Of a DNA stretch of 64,000 nucleotides, positions 28,301 to 41,059 are shown piece by piece. The notes under the pieces are model-generated. The model made no database searches. It saw only the letters and a list, made by a program, of their open reading frames with translations, and had not been told where the DNA came from. The first letter of the stretch is position 1, and the number at the start of each line of letters is the position of its first letter. Both the position numbers and the translations under genes were made by a program. The stretch comes from Eledone cirrhosa (Eukaryota), in assembly GCA_964016885.1 (NCBI GenBank), contig OZ024740.1, positions 369,644,001 through 369,708,000 on the forward strand, written 5' to 3'.

Positions 28301-28440
28301 GACACTGACACAGTGACACTTGAACCACAAATGCCCCTTCTTTTTCTTCGCCACATACACTTGTTTCTTCCTCCCCGCCCCCCACCAACATACTGAAATA
28401 CGACCCGTTCAGGTCGAACGGTGCATTGGCCCCGTAAGCT
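25375..28440 (+). pseudogene. pol: Gypsy pol: protease, RT, RNase H, integrase
   Basis: LVDTGA (~25475); [25 protein letters not shown]; DASD, RYSTFGRELLA, TDHKPL; [28 protein letters not shown]. Several stops and frameshifts. Confidence 0.93.
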
Positions 28441-28926
28441 ATGCAGTACTATAAACTTCTGAATTGTATTTTTTTTTTCTTGCAGTTATTTTTACTGTAT
28501 ATTGAATTTGGTGTTGCATTTTGTACCCTGACTGCCTTTGGTATTTTTAAGGCATATTATAATTTTTCATTGCATTTTGTAACCTTACTGCATATGGCAT
28601 TTTCAATGTCTATCGTTTTTTTTTATCGCATTTGGGACCCTTACTGCGAATGGTATTTTTAATGCATTTTACATTTATTGTTGCATGTGTATAATTATTG
28701 CATTTGTTGTATATTTTGTTGTGTAATGCTTGCATGCATTAACCTATTTCACCTCTATATTGTTCGTTTTGAAACCGGTTTCAACAACTTGTAAAGAGTA
28801 CCTTGTAAGACTTTGGCTTCATTATTATATACTACAGGAATTTTTCTTGCACCAATTTACAACTTCTAGTTCCTCCGTGCTATCGTTTGTTTTAAGATTT
28901 TTATTAAAACTCTGGTCGGAGGTGAT

Positions 28927-29353
28927 TGTAGTAACTATGGCGACAGTGTGTTGACTATAGCAACGCAGTGTCGTCACCTGTGGACAACACAACAAAGTAG
29001 CGAATTACTTCCCTTATCTCGGCGTTCTCTAAAAGAAGAGATGCCAGTGTAAAACTCAAGAGATTTGGTTTTCAATTCCAGTCGCCTTTGTCCTGCCACG
29101 TGGACGTACTTTTTAAAAACGCCTGTTTTTGACCAAGATATTTTCATATCTCTTCTTGAATGTAAGAATTAAGCCATTGCCGTTTAGCTTGCAGGGTATG
29201 TCCTATGAATGTAATTCTTATGTTGTTTTTTATTAAATGAATCATTTAATAAAAGATTAGCCTTGTTATCGTTAAAGCCCTTCTGTTTTAATTAATAATC
29301 TTAGAGAGATGAGATGTTGTTCACACACCTGGACGATATATTATTTTTGTAAA
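28927..29353 (+). repeat. 3' LTR
   Basis: Direct repeat of 23431-23848, preceded by purine-rich ggtcggaggtgat. Confidence 0.93.
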
Positions 29354-29536
29354 TGTATATTCTTTTTGTGTTGGCATTTGTTAACTGTGAAGATATGTAG
29401 GTCAGACCGTGACAAGCCTGGTATCGCATTTGAGATCTTAGGTGTGTGAGTGACAGAGCGTTTCAGGTGACAAATGCAGTGAGTGACCTTTTGGATATAT
29501 TTGCATATATTCATACGCACACATGTGACACAAATA

Positions 29537-29572
<36 letters not shown>

Positions 29573-29579
29573 TATATAG

Positions 29580-29671
<92 letters not shown>

Positions 29672-31039
29672 TTATGTATAATATTCCTACAGTAAAATCA
29701 ATGTTATTAAATTTGCCTGACCATCATCGTCTAAGTGTCTGTGATTTTTTCTTTTTTCTTTTGCTTTTTAATCTCTATTCAATAAACACAATTTTAGATT
29801 AACATAAATGACCCTTCCATGTGGGCTACTTGATTAAAACGGCACAAATCAATATTGAGTCATTCACTTTCTTTTCAAATAATTTTCGAAATGAAGAGAT
29901 CTCTCTCTTCATTTTATATGTTCTTTCTATACTTTCATTTCCAATTCAATCAATGGGCGCTAAACTAGATATAATTTTTCTTTTAATCGACTATTGTAAG
30001 CCGTGTCATTATTACAATATATGTTTTGCATTTTTACAAGCAAGGAAATGTTGGTTATATTTTAATTACTTATTTCGTTTATATTATTTTAGATAAACGA
30101 ATACTCCATTATGTTTTGCGATTACATCAGTTATTGATATTTTTTTCTTGGAATCTCTACTTTCTTTCCCGGGATTTGAAGTAATTTAGTGAACAGTAAA
30201 TTATTAGAAGATAAATTGAATCTTTTGTTAATTGAAGTAGATAATAAACGAAAATATATACGTTTCACATATCCGCTGGGGTTCATCATGTTCACACAGA
30301 TGTATGCTAGATAAACTGCAGCCTTAAATTTGTGAAACATCAAATTACAACATCCAACGAAGAGAATAATTTGATATACACGAAAGGATAAAATGTACCA
30401 AAAAATGATTACCGGATAAAATATACAGATATATTGCAATTTTAACATATTAAACTTATGCCAATAACTATAATAAGTCAGTTTAACTTATATAATTTCC
30501 TTTGTACTGCAATAATAATTATTTAAAAGCATTGGTAACACCAATATTGACAGAATTATTTCGTCATCAGTGGAGAATTATTTGGATCATGACGATACTA
30601 TGGCGTTGCCGAAAGCACATTGTGTGCAATAATTGTGTAATTGGACTACTAAATGATCATATATTTGGAAAATATGACTAACTCAAAATGACGCTAGTAA
30701 TAGCAGGAAAAAACCCGGCTAAATCGACTCTACAATGAAGGAGTAGCTAATATCAATTAAAATGTTATTTATCTGTAATACTTAGACATTTCAATGAATG
30801 AATACAATACATATAAATTATCAAACTCAGTCGGCCGGGCTTATATCCACCCATATTGTATCAGAAACGTAACAGGACTTAGTATACTGTGTGAACTATG
30901 AGTAGGTTAGGTATTAAAGGTTGTCGGCCATTGTATGTTTATTCGGGTGTTAGTGTTAACAACTCTTCAATTTTAGGCCGTCGAGCAAAGGACATAAAGC
31001 AACGAACCAAACTCTAGTTTCTGTTCCGGCTGGAAATGA

Positions 31040-31480
31040 CTCCGCCAGAAGCACTAAGAATACTGCAGCAATGTACAGTGATTAGACAATGTAGCGCTCA
31101 AGGTTTTTCGGGTGGCATAAGAAAGGTTAAAAAAAGTACGCAAAACGTGGAAGACAACCCCAATGACGGAAGCTTTCAATGGCAGGACTGACGCCAAAGT
31201 TGAGCACCTGACACAGCTAAACGTGTGGCGATAGTTGGCCGTGTTTTCGAGTGATCGCAGGTGAACTGAGTATGAAACATAATAGCATTTAGAACAGTAA
31301 CCCCATAGATCTAGCCATGTGGAAGATCTGAGAACAGACAATGCTGATGTTGCTGAAGGATGATCTGAATGTATAGTACATACATGTGTGTCCGGACATG
31401 CTCGAGCGAATTGAAACTGAGTCAGACTTGTTGGGGAGATGCATCACGTGCGATGAGACATGCATCTTCGTGTACGTTGC
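31040..31480 (+). pseudogene. Mariner-like transposase remnant
   Basis: Decayed AQVF.WHK..K...NVED N-terminus and DLLGRCITCDETCIFVY, resembling the first catalytic Asp motif ITGDETW. Confidence 0.7.
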
Positions 31481-32083
31481 GCAGGTGTCGGGAGTCAGCG
31501 AAAACGAAGCGAACAAGATACTGAATGTTCTTGCAACAGGTTCTGACGATCAACCAGTCTGTTTACAAAGAAATCCGTCGGCGTTTGCTCCGTTCAGTGT
31601 GCAAGAAGAGGCGGAAATTTTGAGAAGACAACTCGTGACTGCTTCACCACCACAACGCACCGGCTCAAAACACATTGAGCATATGGTAGTTACTTGTCGA
31701 GAAGAACATTGCCGTGCTGCAGCAACATTTGAACTCCGACCTGGCTCCATGTGATTATTTTTCTTTTCTCCAAGATCAAGTGGACCTGTGGAAGACATCA
31801 ATAGAGCCATAACGTATAACAAGCGGGTAATCCCGGGAGAATCCTTCCAGGATTACACGGGGGCGTTGCAGAGAAGGATAGTAAAGTGCTTTAGACTGGA
31901 AGAGAATTATTTTAAAGGGAAAAACCTGTAGATTTTAATTTGGATTTGTAATAATTTGTTGCAAACCCCAGTACTCTTCCTTTTCAGATAAACCGCGTAC
32001 GTATATATATGTGTGTCTGTGTGTGAATGTCTGTGTGTGTGTGTGTATGTATATATACACACACACATATACATATATATATA

Positions 32084-32210
<127 letters not shown>

Positions 32211-32211
32211 A

Positions 32212-32253
<42 letters not shown>

Positions 32254-32460
32254 ACGAAGGAAATGTGGTAAGGAACCAGGTGGACCATAACGCACCAAAG
32301 TACTCAATGCTTGAGGTAGTAGAGTGGGTAATAGGAACCAGTAAGACCCCGACAGCTGAGCTCAAGCCCCTCAAATATATATATATATATATATATATTT
32401 ATAATTATATATATACCTATATATAATATAAGATCAAAAGATGGTTAAAAGAGTTCCATG

Positions 32461-32531
32461 TATTTTATTAAGCGCATTTCAAAAACAAATATCATCATGA
32501 GATGACATTTGCGTTTTCGTCAGATAAAATA
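32461..32531 (-). ncRNA. Type I hammerhead ribozyme, intact core
   Basis: tattttat CTGACGA aaac..aaatgtcatc-tcat-gatgatattt-gttttt GAAA tgcgct TA ataaaata. Confidence 0.85.
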
Positions 32532-33647
32532 GGGAAACATGATATGAAGGTTAAAAAACACTTGTGAATAGTGCAGTTTTAAATCAACATAAGAAAAGTA
32601 ATTTAAGATTGATGTGTGATATTGGGAAATAAAAAAATATGAGGGGGGGGGGTGAAAAAGAGGCGGAGATGAGAGTAAAGAATGGTGGGGGAGGAGTATA
32701 ATAAAGAAGGATGAGGTAGGATGAAAATCCTTCGTAAACATAAACATTTTTTGACGTTGAGTATTCCTCCTCAATTCATTATATTTTTTTTTCTCCCTTT
32801 CATGCTCGTCTAACTTTTACATATTACATATCACAATACATAAAAACAAACTTAAACCCTAACTAATCTCCTTTATTACATTATATTATTGCCATTAGGA
32901 AATACTTCATAAACATATATATTTTGTTGTTAGAGTCTTCTCTTCCTTAAACCCTATTTTCTTCTTTGCTTTCTGCGCTCACTTGTAAACAAACTATATA
33001 CATATATTACGCATACATATTACATTACATAAAAACAAACTTAAACACTAACTAATTCCTCAAAATTCATAATTCATCCACTCTTCTACTTCTTTTCACA
33101 TTATATCCTTAATAACATTAATATTTTTATTTTAATAATACATATTAACAATTTCTTTTCATCGCACATATTATTAATCCCTTCAATATACAAACCTTAA
33201 ATTAATATTATTCTTAATACATATTAACAATTTCTTTTCATCGCACATATTATTAAACCCTTCAATATACAAACCTTAATTTAACATTATTCTTAATATT
33301 GTTCTATTCATTAATTTGTTTTCTCTTCATCAATTATCAAATTATTTTAAATTATATATTATCTTCCAACGGCTTTTTAACCTCTCTCTGTGAAACAATA
33401 TATTTTTCTCAGTTATGAAGGCTATGTCTCTCTTTCTATCACCCATCTCTCCTCCTATCTCATCCTTCCTTATTATACTCCTCCCCCACTATTGTTTACT
33501 CTCATCTCCTCCTCTTTTTCATCCTTTCCACCCTCCCCCCTCATTTTTTCCCCCAAATATCACACATCAATCTTAAATTACTTTTCATATGTTGATTTAA
33601 AGCTGCACTATTCACAAGTGTTTTTTAATCTTCATATCATGTCTCCC

Positions 33648-33718
33648 TATTTTATCTGACGAAAACGGAAATGTCATCTCATGATGATATTTGTTTTTGA
33701 AATGCGCATAATAAAATA
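33648..33718 (+). ncRNA. Type I hammerhead ribozyme, intact core
   Basis: tattttat CTGACGA aaac-gg-aaatgtcatc-tcat-gatgatattt-gttttt GAAA tgcgca TA ataaaata: 8-bp stem I, ~14-bp stem II, palindromic stem III. Confidence 0.9.
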
Positions 33719-33900
33719 CATGGAACTCTTTTAATCATCTTTTGATCTTATATTATTTATACTCCAGTCCCACAACTGTAGAGTGCTACTTATCCGATAT
33801 CTGCATTGATTTATTGTACTACAATAACACTCGCCTCCTACATATACCTATATATATACATATATCTATATCCATATATATATATATATATATATATAAT

Positions 33901-34082
33901 AAAAACGAAAAAGAGTGATGCATCGGAACTCAATATATTGCGTATTCAATAGCGTGTCTGAGAAACCTGCGAATCCAGAGTCAGGTCGATCCACACACAG
34001 TTCGCAGCTTGAGCTGTTCGCCGGGGAAACAATTGCAATACGCAATAAATTGAGTTCCGATGCATCATTGATTTTTCGTTTT
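33901..34082. repeat. Short fold-back with ~45-bp arms
   Basis: tgatgcatcggaactcaatatattgcgtatt pairs with aatacgcaataaattgagttccgatgcatca. Confidence 0.85.
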
Positions 34083-34161
34083 CCATTCTATCATATATTC
34101 CGCTCCGTAGAAGAATAGAGTGCTCAACCAGCATGCCGCCTATGGACGCATCTTAGCTACC

Positions 34162-34221
<60 letters not shown>

Positions 34222-34230
<9 letters not shown>

Positions 34231-34503
34231 AGATCAAAAGATGGTTAAATGAGTTCCATGTATTTTATTATGCGCATTTCTTTTCTTTTAATTTCTAACC
34301 CCTAATCTGTACCTTTTCTCCGGTACAGATTAGGGGTTAGAAATTAAAAGAAAAGAAATGCGCATAATAAAATACATGGAACTCATTTAACCATCTGTTG
34401 ATCTTATATATTATATATACTCCAGTCCTACAAACTGTAGAGTGCTTCTTATCCGATATCTGCATTGCTTTATTGTACTACAATAAAACTCACCTCCTAC
34501 ATA
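34222..34503. repeat. ~90-bp-arm hairpin of the 33648 family: hammerhead 3' half only, plus tail
   Basis: 34222-34313 is the inverse of 34322-34413. GAAA tgcgca TA ataaaata is present, CTGANGA is absent. Confidence 0.85.
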
Positions 34504-34671
34504 TATATATATATATATATACGTTTAGGTTTGGTTGTTCACCGGGGAATAGAACTGGTCATTCCGTATAGTCAACCGTGATGTAATATTAGGAAAAGCA
34601 CTCGACTTCGTGCAACTCATCCATCTTAGATGTTAAATATTGTTGGTGGTGCGAGAACGGCCTCCTATGTA

Positions 34672-34715
<44 letters not shown>

Positions 34716-34720
<5 letters not shown>

Positions 34721-35130
34721 AAATGATAACAAGGACGATTGATTATTCCTTCATTGCATTTATTGATAAGTGACGCGCGTTTCGCCACTGATCAGCTCAA
34801 GGTTCGATCTATATCGATCCTACCCGACTCAATAATCGGCAGCTCGACGGACCCACTTAAAATGCTATAAGAAAATAGCATTTTGAGTGGGTCCGTCGAG
34901 CTGCCGATTATTGAGTCGGGTAGGATCGATATAGATCGAACCTTGAGCTGATCAGTGGCGAAACGCGCGTCACTTATCAAAAAATGCAATGAAGGAATAA
35001 TCAATCGTCCTTGTTATCCATTCAATATATTACACTCTGTATAGCTCTACACCTCATCACAGAAGTGAACCTAAACATCGAGTGCTCTCGCGGGTGAACC
35101 TGCAGTAACTCCTAGTTACACCCTCTGGAT
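34716..35130. repeat. Near-perfect ~150-bp-arm hairpin with hammerhead 3' half and tail
   Basis: 34716-34868 is the inverse of 34875-35028. gc GAAA cgcgcg TC at 34960-34971. Confidence 0.9.
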
Positions 35131-35139
35131 ATATATATA

Positions 35140-35186
<47 letters not shown>

Positions 35187-36399
35187 TCTAGGGCGGGTAA
35201 AATTTCCGAGATCCGTAGACGAGTTCTCTCCAGCCGTCCCCGGCCTCCATCATCGCTGCCATGTCCTGCGTCTCCAAGAGACCAGTGTCTGTCCTTAGGG
35301 CATTGCCGTATGTAAACCACGGACTCCCTCTTCCATTGTGTCCATAAATCGATCAGAGATATTCAGAACTCTGCTGTAGTACCACACAAGGCATCGACTG
35401 ATTTTCGCATGAAATGTTGGTTGAAACATCAGTGTACAATCTTCTTCATTTCAAATTACCCTTTATATCGCATCTTGGATCGCAAATCACATATGAACCC
35501 GAGAAGCTGTTTGTTAAATAATATAAATATTAAAAAGTACTTTGTTTTTTTTTACTCCACATTTCTATGTATGTATGTATGTATGTATGTAAGTATGTAT
35601 GTATGTATGTATGTATGTATGTATGTATGTATGTATGTATGTATGTATGTATGTATGTGTGTATGTATGGTATCCAATGATGTTGACATGTTCTTCTTTT
35701 TGATAAATATCATCTTGGTTAAGAGAGTGGGACTGGCTTTGTGCACTATAAAAGCTTCACGGCACAGGCATTGCTTTATATCTGGAGATCTCTCTGCACT
35801 TGTCGTCACATGGTACCATGGGGCCAGCACTATGTTTCAATAATTATCACAAGTGTAGTGTTTGTACCAGAGTTTTCAAGTCGCTGGTTGGACTAAAAAG
35901 TCACACTTGTTCAGCGCATCGGTAGGGGTTCTCCTACATGGATATAAAGTAGTGGCCGTACTCGAAAACGAGTTGGCAGCCACCATGTATGTATGTATAA
36001 GGGAGCTTATAGATAGGACAACACACGCTGTCTTTTCGTGGGGTAAGTTTTTAATTAATTTTTGTATTCTGAAACATCAAAATACAACAATTTTGGGGTC
36101 ATTGGACTCGGGAATAACATGACAGAAGTTTATGGAAGTTACACAAATATTTTCGTATATTTTGCCAGAGCAATCCTTATTTATATTTTACATTTTACAT
36201 TTACTTACATCTCAATATAACATGGTTAAAATTCTAATTTTGCAAAGAGAAGAAAACGGACAAATGAACTAGATACATTTCGCTGTAACACACACACACA
36301 ACCCCCACTCCGACACCACTAGAGCGTCTACACTCTCTCCCCACCACCACATTTACATTACCCTATCGAGACTAAAGTCACCGACCTGTTGTTAAACTC

Positions 36400-36993
36400 T
36401 CTACTCTGTGTTGAATGTGTGTGTTCCCCGCTGTTACACGTCTATTTCGTTCTTACAGCTTCCTCTTTCTCTGTATCTTTACCCTCTCTAGCAGTCACTC
36501 TCTCTGTTAGCCTCTTCCTCACCCTTCATTCACTCATTCTCTGTTACTACCTCTCCTCCTCCTCCTTCCCGTTTGACCTGTGCGTAATTCATTTCTTTCG
36601 CACCCTTGGTCTGGCAGGTCGCTTTTTTTCTCTCTCTCGTCTACGATTTAACAGAACTTACGTTCACCGAAATCACAGACTAGATCCCTTCTTCCTCCGG
36701 TTAGACCTGTACGGAATTCCGTCCTTGCTTACATTCCAACCAGGTTTGATGGTCTTTATTCTCTCTCGTTCACGATTTCACCGAATTTAAATTCATAGAA
36801 ATTTGGGACTTGACTCCTTCTTCCTCACTTTTCGTTGCTTCACCATTTTGTTTGTTTACACTCGTGTTCCCTTTATTTACGTGTCCCAACGGCTTTTTTT
36901 TAGCCGTTGCTCGCACCAACCGGAGGTATATGGTCTTTAAAGCGATGAAATAGCAATGATGGTTGGAAGATCACTGATGAAGGACTAACTTTA

Positions 36994-37041
<48 letters not shown>

Positions 37042-37937
37042 AAAAATATGAAACATGGCGTACTGCGTGGTTGCAAATGGGTTACATATGAATACATTTA
37101 GTCCTTCATCAGTGATCTTCCAGCCTTCATTGGTATTTCATCGCTTTAAAGACCATATACCTCTGGTTGGTGCGAGCAACGGCTAAAGAAAGTCGTTGGG
37201 ACACGTAAATAGGGGGAACGAGCGAGACAGTAAACAAACAAAGATGGTAACGTAACGAAAAGTAAGAAGAAGGAGTCAAGTCCCTGAAATCGATGAACAT
37301 AAATTCTGTGAAATCGTAGACGAGAGATAATAAAGACCATCTGACCTGGTCGACGTGTGAGTGAGGAAAGAATCTCGCACAGGTCAAACGGGAAGAAGTA
37401 GTAGAGGGAGTAGCAGAGAGTGAGTGAGTGAAAGTGTGAAGAAGAGGCTAACAGAGAGAGTGACTGGTAGAGGAGGTAAAAAGAAGTGAGAGATACAGAG
37501 AAAAGGGGAAGCACAAAGAAAGAAACAGACGGGTCACAGCGGAGGAAAATATATATGAAAAATATGAAAACATGGCGTATTGCGTGGTTGCAAATTGGTT
37601 ACATATGAATAAATTTAGTTCTACATCAGTGATCTTCTAGCCTTCATTGATATTTCATCGCTTTAAAGACAATATACCTCTGGTTGGTGCGAGCAACTGC
37701 TAAAGAAAGTCATTGGGACACGTAAATAGGGGGAACGAGCGAGACAGTAAACAAACAAAGTTGGTAATGCAACGAAAAGTGAAGAAGAAGGAGTCAAGTC
37801 CCTGAAATCGATGAACATAAGTTCTGTGAAATCGTGGACGAGAGAGAATAAAGACCATCAAACCTGGTCGAAATGTGAGTAAGGAAAGAATTTCGCACAG
37901 GTCAGACGGGAGGAAGAAGGAGTCAAGTCCCTGAAAT
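36400..37937. repeat. Inverted plus tandem ~515-bp repeat family
   Basis: 37041-37545 is repeated at 37557-37937. ~36430-37000 is an inverted diverged copy. CTGATGA occurs at 36974(+) and ~37112(-). Confidence 0.8.
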
Positions 37938-38440
37938 GTATATACATCACTCAGTCAAACGACCAGATTTCAACCCCAACATCTACAACAACACCGGCAC
38001 TAATGTTTACAGCAACAACAGCTTCAGAATGAATTGAAATGAACATTTACAATAACAGCGGCATCAAACGATAAAAATTAAAAAAATAAAAATAACAAAA
38101 CACACTCACACAACACAACAACAACATCAACTGCCACCACCACCACCATCCACAACCACAAGCGAGTGGGCCTTAAGAAAACAACAACTTTAATAATAAT
38201 AACTTTTCTTCTTTTGGCACGGAGCCAGCGACTGTTCCAGTGCATTACTAGTTCTCTCTTTTGTTGACTCCATGGGGATGAAAGGCAAGGTTGACCTCAG
38301 CAGGATTTCAGCTCGGGGCGTGGAGAGCCATAGCTCTATGCTGTAAAGCAATTATAATAATACTGAACTGTAACACGAACGGCTTCAACTATACGAACTC
38401 TTGAAAGTCAACGTTTGACATCATCTTAGTAATGACGGTA

Positions 38441-38471
<31 letters not shown>

Positions 38472-38988
38472 AGTGAGTAGCGTGTGTGTGTGTGTTTGTA
38501 TGTATGAGTGTTGGTGCGCGCGCGCGTATGTATGTGTGCGTGTGTGCGCGTGTGTGTATGTCGTACGTATAAGTGTCAATAAGTGAGTTTTGTTTTTGTT
38601 TTGTTTTTTTTTATGCGCGGAGACATACAAATAATCGGGCTGGATACCCGATCGAGCAGTTAAACCACTGGGAGAAAAGAATCCCTTGCCCTTGTCAGGG
38701 CATTCTTCTAGGAAAAGGCATCTCAGCAAACTGGGTTAACTCCGACATAAAACCTGCTGCTCAGTAGTTACCGATGATGTTGATCTTTTCTTCTTTTCGG
38801 GTTATAGCTACTTTCGCTCAGAGAGTGGGATTGGGTCAGTGCACAGTCTTTCCTCACTTTGCACATGTGTGAAGACAGTACATGTCTGCGGGGGAAACGG
38901 TTCGTAACTTTAAGCTGTTTTAAAGTACTATTTTTTGTATTTTCTTGTCGTTAACGAAACATAAGGTACACATCTTGGTTTCAAAGGA

Positions 38989-40350
38989 GTGATACCTCTC
39001 AATAATCGGGCTTTAAGCCCGAATATTCAGATTTATTTGAAAAAACTTCGAAAAAAATCGCTCCCCACCAAAAAGATTATGGGTATTTTCTACCTTGAAA
39101 CGGTAAACAATGTTCAGGTCAAAAGTTTAAAAGCAGCCACTCTAGATTTCACCACAACTACGACGGCTACAGTCATGCCTGTCGTCCACTCTACTGAATG
39201 TAAAGGCAAAACTCAAAAGCTACCATCACAACCTTCTGCGTTAGCAGCAGTATCATCTGAAAACGACATCACCACCACCACTGCCACCGCCACCACCACC
39301 ACCACCACTACCACCACCACAACAACAACAACAACAACTCAGAGCAACAACGACAATAACACCGACAGCTTCAATGTAAACACAGATGGCGGTGGCAACA
39401 GCAACAACAAACAAAACAACAACAACACCAATAACAGCAGCAAAACCACCACATTTTCTGCAGCGGCAGCAAAAACAAAGCGCTTATTGGATATTGATAT
39501 TAGCGATAAAGACGAACAGTTGGCCCAGGCGTGGAGGCTAATTAAACGGGAGAAGACCTGGGCAAGCCTGACCATCCCGGACGGGGCAATAGCGGCCATG
39601 CAAAGGAGGACGGTGTACTTTCGATACATTTCGGTAAAGACAAGAAAAGTGGAACTTGCCAGCCAAGCAGAGGTCGAGGCTGCTTTGGAGTGCATCGGAA
39701 GTGACATAGAGTATAAAGCAAGAGCCAAACAGTTCGGTACCATCTCGGTACTGTTCAAAACCGAGGCCCTTGCTATTAAGCACTCGGTGACCCCCCTGCA
39801 GAACGGAACGCATTATCATGCACCCGTCCTACAAGGGTAAAAGGACTGTAAAGGTCCGCATTCCCAGCATCCCACCAGGAATGAACATATGGTGGCTGCT
39901 GGGGTGCGTAATCGAGGAAGGGACAGACACCACCCTCCTGGATATCAAATGCACAGAGAGAGACGACTGGTCCAGAATGAATTTGGAGATTCTTCTCCAA
40001 ATAAAACCGGAGGACATGAACAACATCCCGGATTTTGCCCGCGTGCAGGACGGGACAACAATCCAACTAATGACTGAGGGAAGAAGGCAACACTGCTTCG
40101 TCTGCGGGGAAGCAACGCATCTGCAAGCCTTCTGCCCTCAGCGCAAAAATGCAGAGGGTCGCAAATCTCCTTTGTTGCCAACACCAGTGTCAGCACGGAA
40201 AGCTGCACCACCACCACCAAAAACAACACCAACAAAAACACGGACATCAACATCAAAAACAGCTGGACACCACCAACACCGAAACCAATCCAAGAAGAAA
40301 ACGAGGAAAGCTCTCCCACTCACCATAACCCCCCAATTATTCACTTAGAC
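38989..40350 (+). pseudogene. LINE ORF1 (CCHC zinc knuckle, Thr/Asn-rich N-terminus), frameshifted at ~39820
   Basis: ORFs 38989-39840 and 39818-40348, CX2CX4HX4C motif. Confidence 0.75.
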
Positions 40351-41059
40351 AAAACAATAAACATACACACAGACACAGAGACACTCACAGCCACAGACCA
40401 TTTGTCTTCTAACAGCGAAGATGAAGGAGAACCCAAAAGTGCAAAAAAACAGAAAACTCACAAAAAAAGCCGCAACAAAACACAAAAATATACACACCAA
40501 AAGATACAGACACCACTAACGGAAACACTTCACCAATAACATCAGCAGCAACAGCAACATCGAAACCACCACCACAATCCCCGAAACGCAAACAACCAAA
40601 ACAAACACAAATACAAATAACACACAAATACCTGAAATTGCAGACACCACACCTACAACAAACACAGGCATACCCGAAACAACACCACCAAAACCATCAC
40701 CACCACAGTCACCAAAACGAAAACAAATAAAACCACACCAACAAAATATTAAAACTTCCTGCTTGTCAGAAGGGACAACAATAAACTGATGGCCCTCTTA
40801 GCACGAAGCGAGGGTGAGATTTTTGAAATGAGCACATTTTGCGAACCAGAAGATTTTATTCTGGTCCGAATGTCACTCGATTCCATCAAAGAAATTCGAG
40901 AGAGCTTTCCACAAGACGAGGAAACCCCGAATGTGAAACCCACATCGAGACTTTTAAAGGGGTTCCAAAAGAAACCCCACCAACTATGGAGGTCGAACCA
41001 CCCGACCTTCACAAGACCCCGGGAGGTAAGTATACCTTCCATCTCTCTTTCAGCTTCCA

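Larger units (their letters stand above)
23431..29353 (+). mobile_element. Full-length Ty3/Gypsy LTR retrotransposon, pol disabled by stops and frameshifts
   Basis: Paired LTRs, PBS, PPT-like tract, gag-PR-RT-RH-IN order and a TGTA target-site duplication (23427-23430 and 29354-29357). Confidence 0.95.
32405..33845. mobile_element. Non-coding pLTR-type fold-back element with two intact hammerheads and a 3' tail
   Basis: ~32420-32750 is the inverse of ~33400-33755. Internal ~65-bp tandem duplication at 33137-33298. Tail 33760-33845 is shared with 34418-34503. Confidence 0.8.

Noticed and set aside
30545-30575. Minus-strand CTGATGAcGAAA
   Set aside because: No stem II and no stem I complement, so probably chance.
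33950-34025. ctgagaa acctg..caggt as a hammerhead
   Set aside because: Core boxes and stem I do not fit.
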